Shown piece by piece: positions 45,960 to 56,025 of a stretch of DNA of 64,000 nucleotides; position 1 is the first letter of the stretch; every line of letters starts with the position of its first letter. The translations under genes were made by a program, and so were the position numbers. The DNA comes from Dehalococcoidia bacterium (GTDB taxonomy: Bacteria; Chloroflexota; Dehalococcoidia; Plut-88900), in the NCBI GenBank assembly GCA_965197645.1, contig OZ240219.1, forward strand, positions 1,888,001 to 1,952,000, in the 5' to 3' direction. The notes below the pieces were generated by a model. It searched no databases. It was not told the DNA's origin and was given only the letters and a program-made list of their open reading frames with translations.

Positions 45960-48845
45960 ATGCCCAGAAGACAAGCCAAACAGCCCAAGTCAGTTGAATC
46001 GCTGACCCATGAGGAGGCGCGACGCCGCAACCTACCCTCTGCCGAGCACCAGCCGCTGATGCGGAAGGAGGAGCAGAGCCCAGTCTGCGTGGCCTACGAG
46101 CGGCGCAACCGCGACCTCGACCCGCAGCTGGTGTGGCGGGGCAAGGACGAGCAGGACTCGTCAGACCTGGTGGTAAACGCGCCGCCCCTGTACATCCAGG
46201 AGCGAGTGCAACCCAAGGCGCTCATAGACGAGCTGATGCGCCAGTCGCGAAACGGCCACAAGCCCGACGAGTTCCAGACCGACATGTTCGCCGACTTCAA
46301 CGGCCTGCCCTCTGAGGATGCCAAGACCGAGTTCTACCGGCACGACGCCAACTGGTCGAACCGCATGGTCCTGGGCGACAGCCTGCAGGTGATGGCATCC
46401 CTGGCTGAGCGGGAGGGGCTGCGCGGCAAGGTGCAGTGCATCTACATTGACCCTCCATACGGCATCAAATTCAACTCCAACTTTCAGTGGTCGACCACCA
46501 GCCGTGACGTGAGGGACGGCAACGCCGCCCATATCACCCGGGAGCCGGAGCAGGTCAAGGCGTTCCGGGACACGTGGCGCGACGGCATCCACTCCTACCT
46601 CACCTACCTGCGTGATCGCCTAACCGTGGCCCGCGACCTGCTGGCCGAGTCCGGCTCCATCTTCGTCCAGATCGGTGATGAGAACGTCCACCGCGTAAGG
46701 GCTCTAATGGATGAGGTGTTTGGAGAGGACAATTTCGTTTCCTTGCTGACGATTCAAAAGACCAGTAGCCAAACAGATAGGAACCTTTCATCAGTCTCTG
46801 ATTACTTGCTTTGGTTTGCAAAGAACGAAGCATCGCTCAAGTTCAGGAGACCGTTCCTGGAGAAAGGGGCTGGCTTTACCGCTGGAGGTCAATACTCTCG
46901 GCTGCAACTGAACGATTTCAGCCGAATCGCTATGACAACCGAACAACGTTCAAATAGGTCGGCTCTTCCATCCGGAGCCAAGATCTATCGTCACGATACT
47001 TTAACGTCTCAGAGCGGAGGGCAAACGACTGGGTTCGAATTCTTCGACCAAGGCCGTACCTTTCACCCTGGCAGAGGCTTTTGGAAGACAAACTTCACCG
47101 GATTAACTCGTCTTTCACGTTCTAAGCGGTTAGGACATGCTAGGAATAGCTTGAGCTATATTAGATTCATTGATGATTTTTCGGTTACGCCGGTAGGAAA
47201 CCTCTGGACAGACACCTTGACCGGCTCATTCACCGAAGACAAGATTTACGTTGTTCAGACCGCGCAAAAGATTCTTCAGCGCTGCATCCTCATGACCACG
47301 GATCCCGGTGACCTAGTTCTTGATCCCACCTGCGGTTCCGGCACGACCGCCTACGTCGCCGAGCAGTGGGGCAGGAGATGGATCACCATTGATACCTCCC
47401 GCGTCGCCCTGGCTCTGGCCCGCGCCCGCGTAATGGGCGCTCGCTATCCCTACTACCTGCTGGCGGATAGTCCCGAAGGACAGATAAAGGAGGCAGAGCT
47501 CGCCGGAACGGTAGACCACGAAGCAATTGAGGCCTTTGAGAGGTCCCAATCCGGCGAGCCGGTATCCACAGAAGAGGCGGAGTCCATCGTCAGTCGTGGC
47601 CTGCCCTTGGAGCGACCAACCTACAGAGACATCCGCCAGGGGTTCGTGTACGAGCGGGTGCCGCACGTCACCCTGCGGGCCATCGCCAACAACACAGAGA
47701 TAGATGTCATCTGGGAGGATGCTCAGCGAGAGTTGGAGCCGCTGCGGGAGGAGCTGAACCGTGCCCTCGGCGAGTCGTGGGAGGAGTGGGAGATTCCCTG
47801 CGACGCTGAGGAGACCTGGCCGAATGAGGCGAAAGACATCCACACTCAATGGTGGGAACGACGCATCGCCCGTCAGAAGGAGATAGACGCCTCCATAGCC
47901 GCCAACGCCGACTACGAGTACCTGTACGACAAGCCCTACGAGGACCGGGCCAAGGTGCGGGTCGCCGGGCCATTCACGGCAGAGAGCATCTCGCCTCACC
48001 GCGTCTTGGGAGTGGACGAGAACGGCGACGTCATAGCCGAGTCGTCCAATGGTTACGGCAGCGAGTACGACTTCGCCCAGGTAATGCTCGATAACCTTGG
48101 GACATCAGGCGTGCAACAGGCGCACAGGGAGGACAGGATTGAGTTCTCGTCCATCGCCCCCTGGCCCGGACGGCTGGTATGCGCGGAGGGGCGCTACCAG
48201 CAGGGCGATGAGGAGGACGGCATCGAGCGCCGCGCCGGAATCTTCATTGGCCCCGAGTTCGGCACGGTATCGCGCCCGGACCTGGTGGAAGCAGCGCGGG
48301 AGGCCGCAGACGCCAATTTCGACGTGCTGATCGCCTGCGCCTTCAACTACGAGGCGCACACCACGGAGTTCGAGAGCTTAGGCCGCGTCCCGGTGCTGAA
48401 GGCACGGATGAATGCCGACCTCCACATGGCCGACGATCTCAAGAACACCGGCAAGGGTAACCTGTTCGTGATATTCGGCGAGCCCGACATCGACATCCTC
48501 GAGGCGGGCGACGACCAGATACAGGTCAAGGTCAACGGCGTGGACGTGTTCCATCCCAACACTGGCGAGGTGCGCAGCGACGGGCCGGAGGGCATCGCCT
48601 GCTGGTTCATCGATACCGACTACAACGAGGAGGCTTTCTTCGTACGCCATGCTTACTTCCTGGGAGCCAGTGACCCGTACAAATCCCTGAAGACCACCCT
48701 CAAAGCTGAGATCGACGCCGACGCCTGGGCAACACTCCACAGCGACACGTCGCGCCCCTTCTCCAAACCTGAGTCGGGCCGCATCGCCGTCAAGGTCATC
48801 AACCACCTGGGCGACGAAGTGCTGAAGGTGTTTAGGGTGGGATAA
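45960..48845 (+). CDS. mod: Type III R-M Mod subunit (N6-adenine methyltransferase)
   Basis: IYIDPPYGI, VLDPTCGSGTT, WITIDTS and IAVKVINHLGDE. Confidence 0.92.
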   Translation: MPRRQAKQPKSVESLTHEEARRRNLPSAEHQPLMRKEEQSPVCVAYERRNRDLDPQLVWRGKDEQDSSDLVVNAPPLYIQERVQPKALIDELMRQSRNGHKPDEFQTDMFADFNGLPSEDAKTEFYRHDANWSNRMVLGDSLQVMASLAEREGLRGKVQCIYIDPPYGIKFNSNFQWSTTSRDVRDGNAAHITREPEQVKAFRDTWRDGIHSYLTYLRDRLTVARDLLAESGSIFVQIGDENVHRVRALMDEVFGEDNFVSLLTIQKTSSQTDRNLSSVSDYLLWFAKNEASLKFRRPFLEKGAGFTAGGQYSRLQLNDFSRIAMTTEQRSNRSALPSGAKIYRHDTLTSQSGGQTTGFEFFDQGRTFHPGRGFWKTNFTGLTRLSRSKRLGHARNSLSYIRFIDDFSVTPVGNLWTDTLTGSFTEDKIYVVQTAQKILQRCILMTTDPGDLVLDPTCGSGTTAYVAEQWGRRWITIDTSRVALALARARVMGARYPYYLLADSPEGQIKEAELAGTVDHEAIEAFERSQSGEPVSTEEAESIVSRGLPLERPTYRDIRQGFVYERVPHVTLRAIANNTEIDVIWEDAQRELEPLREELNRALGESWEEWEIPCDAEETWPNEAKDIHTQWWERRIARQKEIDASIAANADYEYLYDKPYEDRAKVRVAGPFTAESISPHRVLGVDENGDVIAESSNGYGSEYDFAQVMLDNLGTSGVQQAHREDRIEFSSIAPWPGRLVCAEGRYQQGDEEDGIERRAGIFIGPEFGTVSRPDLVEAAREAADANFDVLIACAFNYEAHTTEFESLGRVPVLKARMNADLHMADDLKNTGKGNLFVIFGEPDIDILEAGDDQIQVKVNGVDVFHPNTGEVRSDGPEGIACWFIDTDYNEEAFFVRHAYFLGASDPYKSLKTTLKAEIDADAWATLHSDTSRPFSKPESGRIAVKVINHLGDEVLKVFRVG

Positions 48846-48991
48846 CGGGCCGGGTGACGGTTCGCAACGCCAAAAGAACCTTTATGTGGCGTACTGCGTT
48901 CAACTATGATGTATGGTAAAGTTACACCCCGAACGTTCGCGACCTTCAGGTTATGCCGCAAGACCGAACGTAAGGTCAACGGGAAAGTACG

Positions 48992-49666
48992 GTGGCTGTT
49001 ACCACACCAGAGGTAATCAAGGCGAACCTGACACTGGTCGGTCCGCGCCTGCTCAGGACTCCGGAGGAGCTTGAATCTTTCAAGCGCGCAATCGGCACCG
49101 ATGTTCAGTTGGCTGGAGTCGGCATGGGTGTGAATGTTCAGACTGGCGTTCCAGAGTCAGGGGTTACGCTCATTCTTAATCGTGAGCGGATCGCACTCGA
49201 CTTGACCCCTGGACGGTCCATCATCAACCGGGATTACCCATTGCGTGAAGACCTGCCCAAGTTGGCAAATGTAGCCGGACAGGCGATCAATTGCACGTCC
49301 ATCGGTGAGCAGCAACTCCGAGCCTTTGGTTTCAACATTGATCTGATCTTTGACCAAGACCCAGAGACTCCTGCGTTCACGTACATCTCAAGACGGCTCT
49401 TTGATGTTGATGCACTCGGTAGCCAGGGTTGGCAGTTTATTGGTGGATCTGGAAAGCTCATATTCTCGGACGGCGAACGACGGTGGACAATTACCTTAGA
49501 GCCTCGGTTTAACGACGAAACAGAATCGAGGATCTTCTCGAGTGTCAACCTACACAGAGCTGAACGGACCATACCGACAGAAGATGAGATAAGGAGTTCC
49601 CTTCAACGGATGTGGGACGAGGTGCATAACTTCGTAGAACGATTAGATGAGAGGGGCTCGGAATGA
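48992..49666 (+). CDS. Hypothetical protein (TIGR04255-like)
   Basis: 224 aa alpha/beta protein with LRAFGFNID; stop overlaps next start; family call tentative. Confidence 0.5.
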   Translation: MAVTTPEVIKANLTLVGPRLLRTPEELESFKRAIGTDVQLAGVGMGVNVQTGVPESGVTLILNRERIALDLTPGRSIINRDYPLREDLPKLANVAGQAINCTSIGEQQLRAFGFNIDLIFDQDPETPAFTYISRRLFDVDALGSQGWQFIGGSGKLIFSDGERRWTITLEPRFNDETESRIFSSVNLHRAERTIPTEDEIRSSLQRMWDEVHNFVERLDERGSE

Positions 49667-50604
49667 CTGAGACAAGTACGTTAGAACGAGCTAGTAACCT
49701 AGGCATAGAGGAAGAACTGGTATCTCTGTTCGAAGAGAAAGCCACATCGGAAAACAAGAGGATCATGGGCCCACCCAATCGCCCACCCAATGTTCTTTTT
49801 GACAGCCAACGAAGGCAGACAATTCCTGACGCCAGTTGGCCTCACACTGTCATCCTAAATCATCGTGTGACCGATGAGCAGTTACTGCCCGTGACGAGGA
49901 TTGCCGAACATATAGGCGCTTTCAGTGACCTTTGGAACCAAATATCAAGTAAGTGGATGTCGTTCGAACGTACCCTGACAGAAGGATCGAACTACGGTCA
50001 TGATTGGCGTCACAGCTATGCTCCGGGCCTTCAGGGCAACGGACTATCATGGGAGTTCGTACACCATGATGGTGATTCGACCAACGCAGAGCTAGCCGAA
50101 GTACTGAACGATCTGAATAGTGGGATTGTACAGGAATGGACTGCGATCGTTCACGACCCGACAAAGCCGCTAGACGTCGGCATCGGTAATCGTGCTCAAG
50201 AGCGTCTTACGGCCAAACTACAGGCCAGCTTTGAAGACAGTCCCTTGGAAGACGGAATGGGACATCCAGCGGAGGAGATCATCGCTGAAGAATTGCGGTC
50301 CACGAAGGACCAACAGGTTCCTGACTGGCTTAAGGTTCTCTCCACGGACGCCTCACGGCCGAGCTTCGCTGCGTCAGTACTGCGGTGCCTGGGACGTCAA
50401 GACCGTGTAGGTACTACTTCATGGCGTGTGGAACTAGTGCGTGATGGCTTGGCTAGCGACAATGTGGAGATCAGAGACGCTGCCGTACAAGCAGCGGAAT
50501 CGTGGGGCGACTCAGATTCGCTTGACGTTCTAAGGGCACATTCTGAACCGGAGCCATGGCTTCAACAGTACATTCGGGATGTTATCGAAGACCTGACTGA
50601 ATAA
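49663..50604 (+). CDS. Hypothetical protein with C-terminal HEAT-like helical region
   Basis: LEDGMGHPAE ... GLASDNVEIRDAAVQAAESW ... EPEPWLQQY. Confidence 0.6.
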   Translation: MTETSTLERASNLGIEEELVSLFEEKATSENKRIMGPPNRPPNVLFDSQRRQTIPDASWPHTVILNHRVTDEQLLPVTRIAEHIGAFSDLWNQISSKWMSFERTLTEGSNYGHDWRHSYAPGLQGNGLSWEFVHHDGDSTNAELAEVLNDLNSGIVQEWTAIVHDPTKPLDVGIGNRAQERLTAKLQASFEDSPLEDGMGHPAEEIIAEELRSTKDQQVPDWLKVLSTDASRPSFAASVLRCLGRQDRVGTTSWRVELVRDGLASDNVEIRDAAVQAAESWGDSDSLDVLRAHSEPEPWLQQYIRDVIEDLTE

Positions 50605-50607
50605 ACC

Positions 50608-51105
50608 GTGTTCCTCGCTCGAAAGATCACACGCGCGAAGTGGGAGGACCGTCAAGGGTTAGCAGAGGATGAGATTTCGGCAGATGCGGTCACTATCGAT
50701 CTAAGGACGCAGGGAAACGCACTATCCTTCTGGCGGTGCCCTGCTGGCACGGTTGATGATGTCGAAGAAGCTGCCCTTGCAATTGCCGCTGCGGGTGAAC
50801 GCGTCGATAAGCTAGATATTGTTTGGTTGGATGACCAAGAGTTGCAGAACGATGGTCAAACTCTCAGGAGTAGCGAGGGGCGCACCCCGGTCAGGAGCTT
50901 GGCCGACTTACACGTCGAAGTGTCTCTACTAGATTACGTGCGCCTTGGCGACGTAGCTCGCAGAGTAGTTGCTGCCATAGAAGCGGATAGGTGTCGGCGC
51001 CTAACAAAAGGGCGTGTCAAGAAACTCGTCGCGGCGGCTGTTAAAGAAGGGCGTGTAGACCTTGACGCGCTTCAGGATAAGGTGCGAGCTGAAGTGGCGA
51101 CTTGA
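50608..51105 (+). CDS. Putative ADP-ribosyltransferase-fold toxin
   Basis: ARKITRAKW, ADAVTIDLRTQGNALSFW, GRTP and HVEV: R / SxW / H pattern. Confidence 0.5.
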   Translation: MFLARKITRAKWEDRQGLAEDEISADAVTIDLRTQGNALSFWRCPAGTVDDVEEAALAIAAAGERVDKLDIVWLDDQELQNDGQTLRSSEGRTPVRSLADLHVEVSLLDYVRLGDVARRVVAAIEADRCRRLTKGRVKKLVAAAVKEGRVDLDALQDKVRAEVAT

Positions 51106-51126
51106 GCACAGACCTCTTTAGCGCCT

Positions 51127-53199
51127 ATGCAGTTCCGAATCGCCGATACGTTCACCGCTAGTCTTGGAAGGCTGACCGGTGATGAGCAGAAGGCCGTCAA
51201 GACGACGGCCTTTGATCTCCAGATGGACCCATTCCGTCCGGGCTTGCAGCTTCACAAAATAGAAGGAGCGCGTGACCGAGACTTCTGGTCTGTCCGGGTC
51301 AGCCGAGACATCAGGATCATCGTACATCAAACGCAAGGCAGTTTCATGCTCTGTTACGTTGATCACCATGACGACGCCTATAGGTGGGCCGAACGCAGGA
51401 AGCTGGAGACCCATCCACGGACTGGCGCGATGCAGATCGTCGAAATGCACGAGACCGTCAGAGAGGTTGAGGTGCCCGTCTACGTCGAAGCAGAACGCCG
51501 AGCACCGCCGAAGCCGCGGCCGGCAGCGGGGATACCAGATGATCAGCTACTGAGTTACGGCGTTCCAGTCGAGTGGCTAGGCAGTGTGCGCGCCGCGGAT
51601 GAGGACGACCTACTGGACATCGCCGACCACCTTCCCGAAGAAGCGAGCGAAGCTTTGTTGCAGATTGCCGCCGGTGAAACTCCACAACCCGCCCTTCCTG
51701 TCCGAGTCGACGCCGACCCGTTTGATCACCCAGACGCGATGAGACGCTTCAGGGTCATGAGGGACATAGAGGAGCTCTCCCAGGCTCTGGAATACCCTTG
51801 GGAGAAGTGGAGCATCTTTCTTCACCCGGCCCAGCGCGCGATCGTCGAGCGCGAGTACACCGGACCCGCAAGAGTGTCGGGCTCGGCGGGAACGGGAAAG
51901 ACCATCGTTGCGCTCCACCGGGCGGTACATCTAGCCCGCACGAACCCCAATGCCAGGGTGTTGCTCACTACCTTTTCTGAGGCCCTTGCCAACGCACTGC
52001 GTGACCGGTTGCGGATTCTCGTCAGCTCAGAGCCGCGGCTAGCGGAGAGAGTTGAGGTCTACTCCCTCGACACACTAGCGAAGAGGTTGTACCAGCTCAA
52101 CCTCGGTGTTCCTTCGTTTGTGTCAGCGGAACAAATCCGAGCGCTGCTTGAGGAGGCGGCCAGTAGTGTCGATGTCAACCGGTTCTCGCTGGGCTTCATG
52201 CTGACGGAGTGGGAACAGGTGGTCGATGCGTGGCAGTTGGATACCTGGGAAGCCTATCGAGAAGTGCCAAGGCTCGGCCGGCGGCGCCGGCTTCCCGAAG
52301 GCCAGCGGCGCTCCCTCTGGTCAGTCTTTGAACACGTCCGGTCCAGCCTCCGCGAGCGAAACCTCATCACTCGCTCGGAAATGTTCGCTCAGCTTGCTAC
52401 CACGTTCGGCGAGACCCAGAGGTCGCCATTCGATTTTATCGTAGTCGACGAGTCACAGGACGTCGGCGTTGCGCAGCTCCGCTTATTGGCAGCCTTGGGA
52501 GCCGACCGAACCAATGGACTCTTTTTCGCCGGAGACCTAGGGCAACGCATCTTTCAGCAACCGTTCTCATGGCAGGCCCTCGGTGTAGAGGTGCGTGGAC
52601 GCTCACGCACTCTGAAAATCAATTACCGTACGTCGCATCAGATCAGGAGGCGCTCCGACCTTCTGCTGGGAGAGGAGATAGCAGATGCTGATGGGAATGC
52701 GGAAGGCCGAGCAGGAACCATATCCGTATTCAACGGACCTGAACCGGCCATAGTGATTTCGCAATCAATCAACGAAGAAGCCAAAGTGGTCGCCAATTGG
52801 CTCACGCAACTGACGGAACGGGGCCTGGAGCCTCACGAGATCAGCGTTTTCGTCAGGTCCACCACACACATCGACCGGGCGTCTATTGCGATTGAGCGGA
52901 CCCGACTAGAACTCATCGTACTAGACAATCAAGTGCAGACAGCCGTCAGCCACGTTTCTGTCGGCACCATGCACTTGGCGAAGGGATTGGAGTTCCGTGC
53001 CGTGGTTGTGATGGCCTGCGACGATGATGTCATCCCACTCCAGCAGCGAATCGAGTCGGTCACCGACGACTCCGACCTCGAGGATGTCTACAACACCGAA
53101 CGGCATCTGCTCTACGTCGCCTGCACGCGTGCCAGGGACCATCTCCTGGTCACAGGCGTCGAACCCGCGTCGGAGTTCCTGGAAGATCTCCAGGTATGA
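51127..53199 (+). CDS. UvrD-like SF1 helicase with N-terminal RelE/ParE-like domain
   Basis: N-terminal PGLQLHKI...FWSVRVSRDIRIIVH; GSAGTGKT, VVDESQD, GDLGQRIF, NYRT, HLAKGLEF and LYVACTRA. Confidence 0.88.
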   Translation: MQFRIADTFTASLGRLTGDEQKAVKTTAFDLQMDPFRPGLQLHKIEGARDRDFWSVRVSRDIRIIVHQTQGSFMLCYVDHHDDAYRWAERRKLETHPRTGAMQIVEMHETVREVEVPVYVEAERRAPPKPRPAAGIPDDQLLSYGVPVEWLGSVRAADEDDLLDIADHLPEEASEALLQIAAGETPQPALPVRVDADPFDHPDAMRRFRVMRDIEELSQALEYPWEKWSIFLHPAQRAIVEREYTGPARVSGSAGTGKTIVALHRAVHLARTNPNARVLLTTFSEALANALRDRLRILVSSEPRLAERVEVYSLDTLAKRLYQLNLGVPSFVSAEQIRALLEEAASSVDVNRFSLGFMLTEWEQVVDAWQLDTWEAYREVPRLGRRRRLPEGQRRSLWSVFEHVRSSLRERNLITRSEMFAQLATTFGETQRSPFDFIVVDESQDVGVAQLRLLAALGADRTNGLFFAGDLGQRIFQQPFSWQALGVEVRGRSRTLKINYRTSHQIRRRSDLLLGEEIADADGNAEGRAGTISVFNGPEPAIVISQSINEEAKVVANWLTQLTERGLEPHEISVFVRSTTHIDRASIAIERTRLELIVLDNQVQTAVSHVSVGTMHLAKGLEFRAVVVMACDDDVIPLQQRIESVTDDSDLEDVYNTERHLLYVACTRARDHLLVTGVEPASEFLEDLQV

Positions 53200-53570
53200 G
53201 TAGCGACGATGTCGCCTCGCTCCGCTTCCAAGACTACCAGCCGCTGTTCGACCAAGCGACGCTGCACGGCAAAGTACTTTCGCCGCCCGTCCAGCGACAT
53301 CCTCAATCTCTTGAGACCGGATGGGAGAGTCTCTTTCAGCTTCTTGAGCCGGGCCTCCAGCTCGTCCCCGCGTTTCCTCTGCCGCCTATCGGCTATGGAA
53401 CCGATCCCATCCTGTAGCGCACGATCCAAGCTGTCGCACACCCGGTGTGTCAGCCGGTCTGACTTCACGTTGGAGGTCACTGCCCCGCGGTCGATCTCCA
53501 GCACCCGCGCCGTACCCCCTAAATCTCCACTCCCACACCAACATCCCTGCCGGACCGGAACTCTCCCCAT

Positions 53571-54326
53571 TCACCCCCTGACGATCCCCTGCCGGTCGCT
53601 TCCCGACGCCTTCCGGTTGAGCGCCTTATCGAGGATGGAAAAGACTTCGTGGATGCCGGGGCTCTCTACCACGGGGACGGAAGTTTCCTCCTGCACTAGC
53701 AATGCGTGGGCGACTAACCCGGCCACCTGCAGCAGGTAGTCGCAGCCAGAGCTTCTAAATACGGGGCCTCCGATGACGTTCTCCACGGGGATGTTCCTGA
53801 TCCTCTCTCCCTCCTCCCATAGCTCGTACCTGCTGGGCACGGGGTTGAACTTCCTCAGCCGCCGGTAGGTACTGGTGATCATGTCCTCGTTGCCGTCATC
53901 AAAGATGAGGAAAGCGTACCGGCCAGACGACTTGACCGAGGCGTTGATGCGGTTGAGGAGCCGGTCGAGGCTGACCTGGACGTACCGCTCGCAGTTCGTT
54001 TTCCGCAGGCACACGTTTATCACCTCGACGCCGCCCATGCCCCTTGCGGCTTCCTCGATGAGGCGCAGCCCACCCCGGAAGATCTCAGCTCCCTGTACCG
54101 GGGTGAGCAGCCGGCAGATCTCCCCATCCGGGACCAGCATACCCTTCGCCAGCAGCTCGCAGGGGCGAAGCTCTCTACCGGTAGGGATGCCGTAGTGGCG
54201 ACGCAGTTCGATCCTCCACTCCCGGATGTCCCGGAACAGGTCGTTCCACCGCTCTGCGTCCACGCCCAGGGCGGAGCGAACATAGTACCTGGGACCCTCG
54301 GACTCGTTGATGTAGTACAGCCTCAT
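53571..54326 (-). CDS. DUF3800 family protein (degenerate acidic residues)
   Basis: YYINESEG, LIFDDG and LLQVAGLVAHA, versus the typical YxDESG and QxADxxA. Confidence 0.65.
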   Translation of the reverse strand: MRLYYINESEGPRYYVRSALGVDAERWNDLFRDIREWRIELRRHYGIPTGRELRPCELLAKGMLVPDGEICRLLTPVQGAEIFRGGLRLIEEAARGMGGVEVINVCLRKTNCERYVQVSLDRLLNRINASVKSSGRYAFLIFDDGNEDMITSTYRRLRKFNPVPSRYELWEEGERIRNIPVENVIGGPVFRSSGCDYLLQVAGLVAHALLVQEETSVPVVESPGIHEVFSILDKALNRKASGSDRQGIVRG

Positions 54327-54354
54327 GGCTTTCACGTTTCTATGGGATTCGTCG

Positions 54355-56025
54355 TTAGACAGCACCCACATCGAGTTCGGGACTGCTCCGGAAGGCGTAG
54401 CCGGGTTCCGAGCCGCCCGTCGTGTGCCAGGCCCGGCCCAGAGGCCCCACCTTGTCCAGCAACCTCCTGTGGGAGACGAACAGGGGGACTTGAACCCTAG
54501 ACTGGCCCATCTCCTCCCTCGCCACCCGCAGGAAGTGGCCCGCCGCCAGGTCGTCGTGGAAGACTACGAGGACTGAGGGTTGTACTCCATGGTCGTCGGT
54601 AGGCCGGTGGGACGAGAAATAGCGCAGGTAGGGGGCGAGCCGGTCGGCCATGGTCGTCGGCCGTACGGCACGGCGCTCCCACTCGAGAAAGAAGGGCCGT
54701 GTGTCGGCGCCCCTACGCAGGACGCCGAAGGCATCGGGGTGGACGGAGCGCAGCGAGTCCCCTTGACGGAAATATCTCGCCGCCCGCAGGGGCGGGTCTA
54801 GCTGGACCAGCTCCCATCCCAGGGAGCGGGCCCGGCGTGCCAGGGCAGCCATGAAGCCGTGGACCGCCGCCGTGTGATCGAGGTTCCTAAGCAGCTGGCG
54901 GCTTCTCCTGCCCGAGACGTTGCGCCATCCGAAGGGGACCTGCTGGTCTATCGGTGTCACACTCCACCGCCTCTTTGCCACGCCCACCGAGGTGCGGTCC
55001 CTGCGCGCCAGCAGGGCCAGCCCGGCGCCGGTGAGGGCCAGGCGGCGGCCGGCTGCGTGAACACGGGTCGCCAGGCCGAACCGTTCCAGGGAGCTCAACA
55101 GCTGGGATACCCTGGGACCCGAGACGCCCAGCAACCCAGCCAGGTCCTTCGCCGTTATCCAGGGCCAGTCGTGGAGGAGGTCGAGGGCGCGCTTCTCGGC
55201 GGGCTTGAGCAGGGCCGGCAGCATATGATCAGGGACGTCCTGCCCAGGGGCATCAGGGACCAGGTCTTCGGGCAGGGCCGCCCAGTCCAGGGGCCGCTCC
55301 GCCGGAAGAACGCCGCCAGGAACTGCTCGGGCCAGCCCCGACCTCAGGTCGATGGCTGCTCCTGTCGAAGGCAGATGCCATATCGGGTCGTCCTCGCCGG
55401 CCAGGACCGCATCCCGCTCCAGCGCCAGCAGGGCCGGTACGGTAAGGCCGGCCAGCAGCCTGCCGGCGTGTCTCAGCCGCACATCGTCCGGCAAGAGGAA
55501 GAGGAGAGCGCCGGGGAGGGGCCCATCTCTGAGCCGCCACAGCCGCTTGGCGAAGCCCGTCCTATCGGAGGTGCGTCCCTGCCGGACGATACCGACGGTC
55601 CGGCCATCGGGTAGTGCAACAACGGCGTCCATTGGCATGGCCCTGTACCAGCGCAGATTTATGGGGTGGACGACGCCGGAGACGATCGATGCCAAACGGT
55701 AGATGACGGCCACGGCGTCGAGGCGCCCCATCAGGAGACGACGCCAGTGGGCCGAGACGGGAAAGCCGCGAAGCAGCTCGTCCAGGCTCATGTCCTCGTG
55801 ATGGGCCAGCCGCCTCAGACCGGCGACAGTGAGGTGGAACCTTCTAGCCGGTGGAGTTAGATCGGTGGCGTGGGGGACGGCGGCGGCCAGTCCCTGGTCT
55901 TCCAGCTTGCGCACTCCTGCGTAGACCGCTCCCCTGGACATTCCCAAGATGGCCGTCATGTCCAGCCGGTCGAGGAAAGGCATCTCGGCCATGAGAGGAA
56001 GCAGCGGGCCTTCGATGGGTTTCAT
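54355..56025 (-). CDS. Replication-relaxation family relaxase (tandem wHTH/nuclease-like halves)
   Basis: HTAAVHGF, HPDAFGVL, FFLEWER and YLRY; directly downstream of the coupling protein gene. Confidence 0.75.
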   Translation of the reverse strand: MKPIEGPLLPLMAEMPFLDRLDMTAILGMSRGAVYAGVRKLEDQGLAAAVPHATDLTPPARRFHLTVAGLRRLAHHEDMSLDELLRGFPVSAHWRRLLMGRLDAVAVIYRLASIVSGVVHPINLRWYRAMPMDAVVALPDGRTVGIVRQGRTSDRTGFAKRLWRLRDGPLPGALLFLLPDDVRLRHAGRLLAGLTVPALLALERDAVLAGEDDPIWHLPSTGAAIDLRSGLARAVPGGVLPAERPLDWAALPEDLVPDAPGQDVPDHMLPALLKPAEKRALDLLHDWPWITAKDLAGLLGVSGPRVSQLLSSLERFGLATRVHAAGRRLALTGAGLALLARRDRTSVGVAKRRWSVTPIDQQVPFGWRNVSGRRSRQLLRNLDHTAAVHGFMAALARRARSLGWELVQLDPPLRAARYFRQGDSLRSVHPDAFGVLRRGADTRPFFLEWERRAVRPTTMADRLAPYLRYFSSHRPTDDHGVQPSVLVVFHDDLAAGHFLRVAREEMGQSRVQVPLFVSHRRLLDKVGPLGRAWHTTGGSEPGYAFRSSPELDVGAV

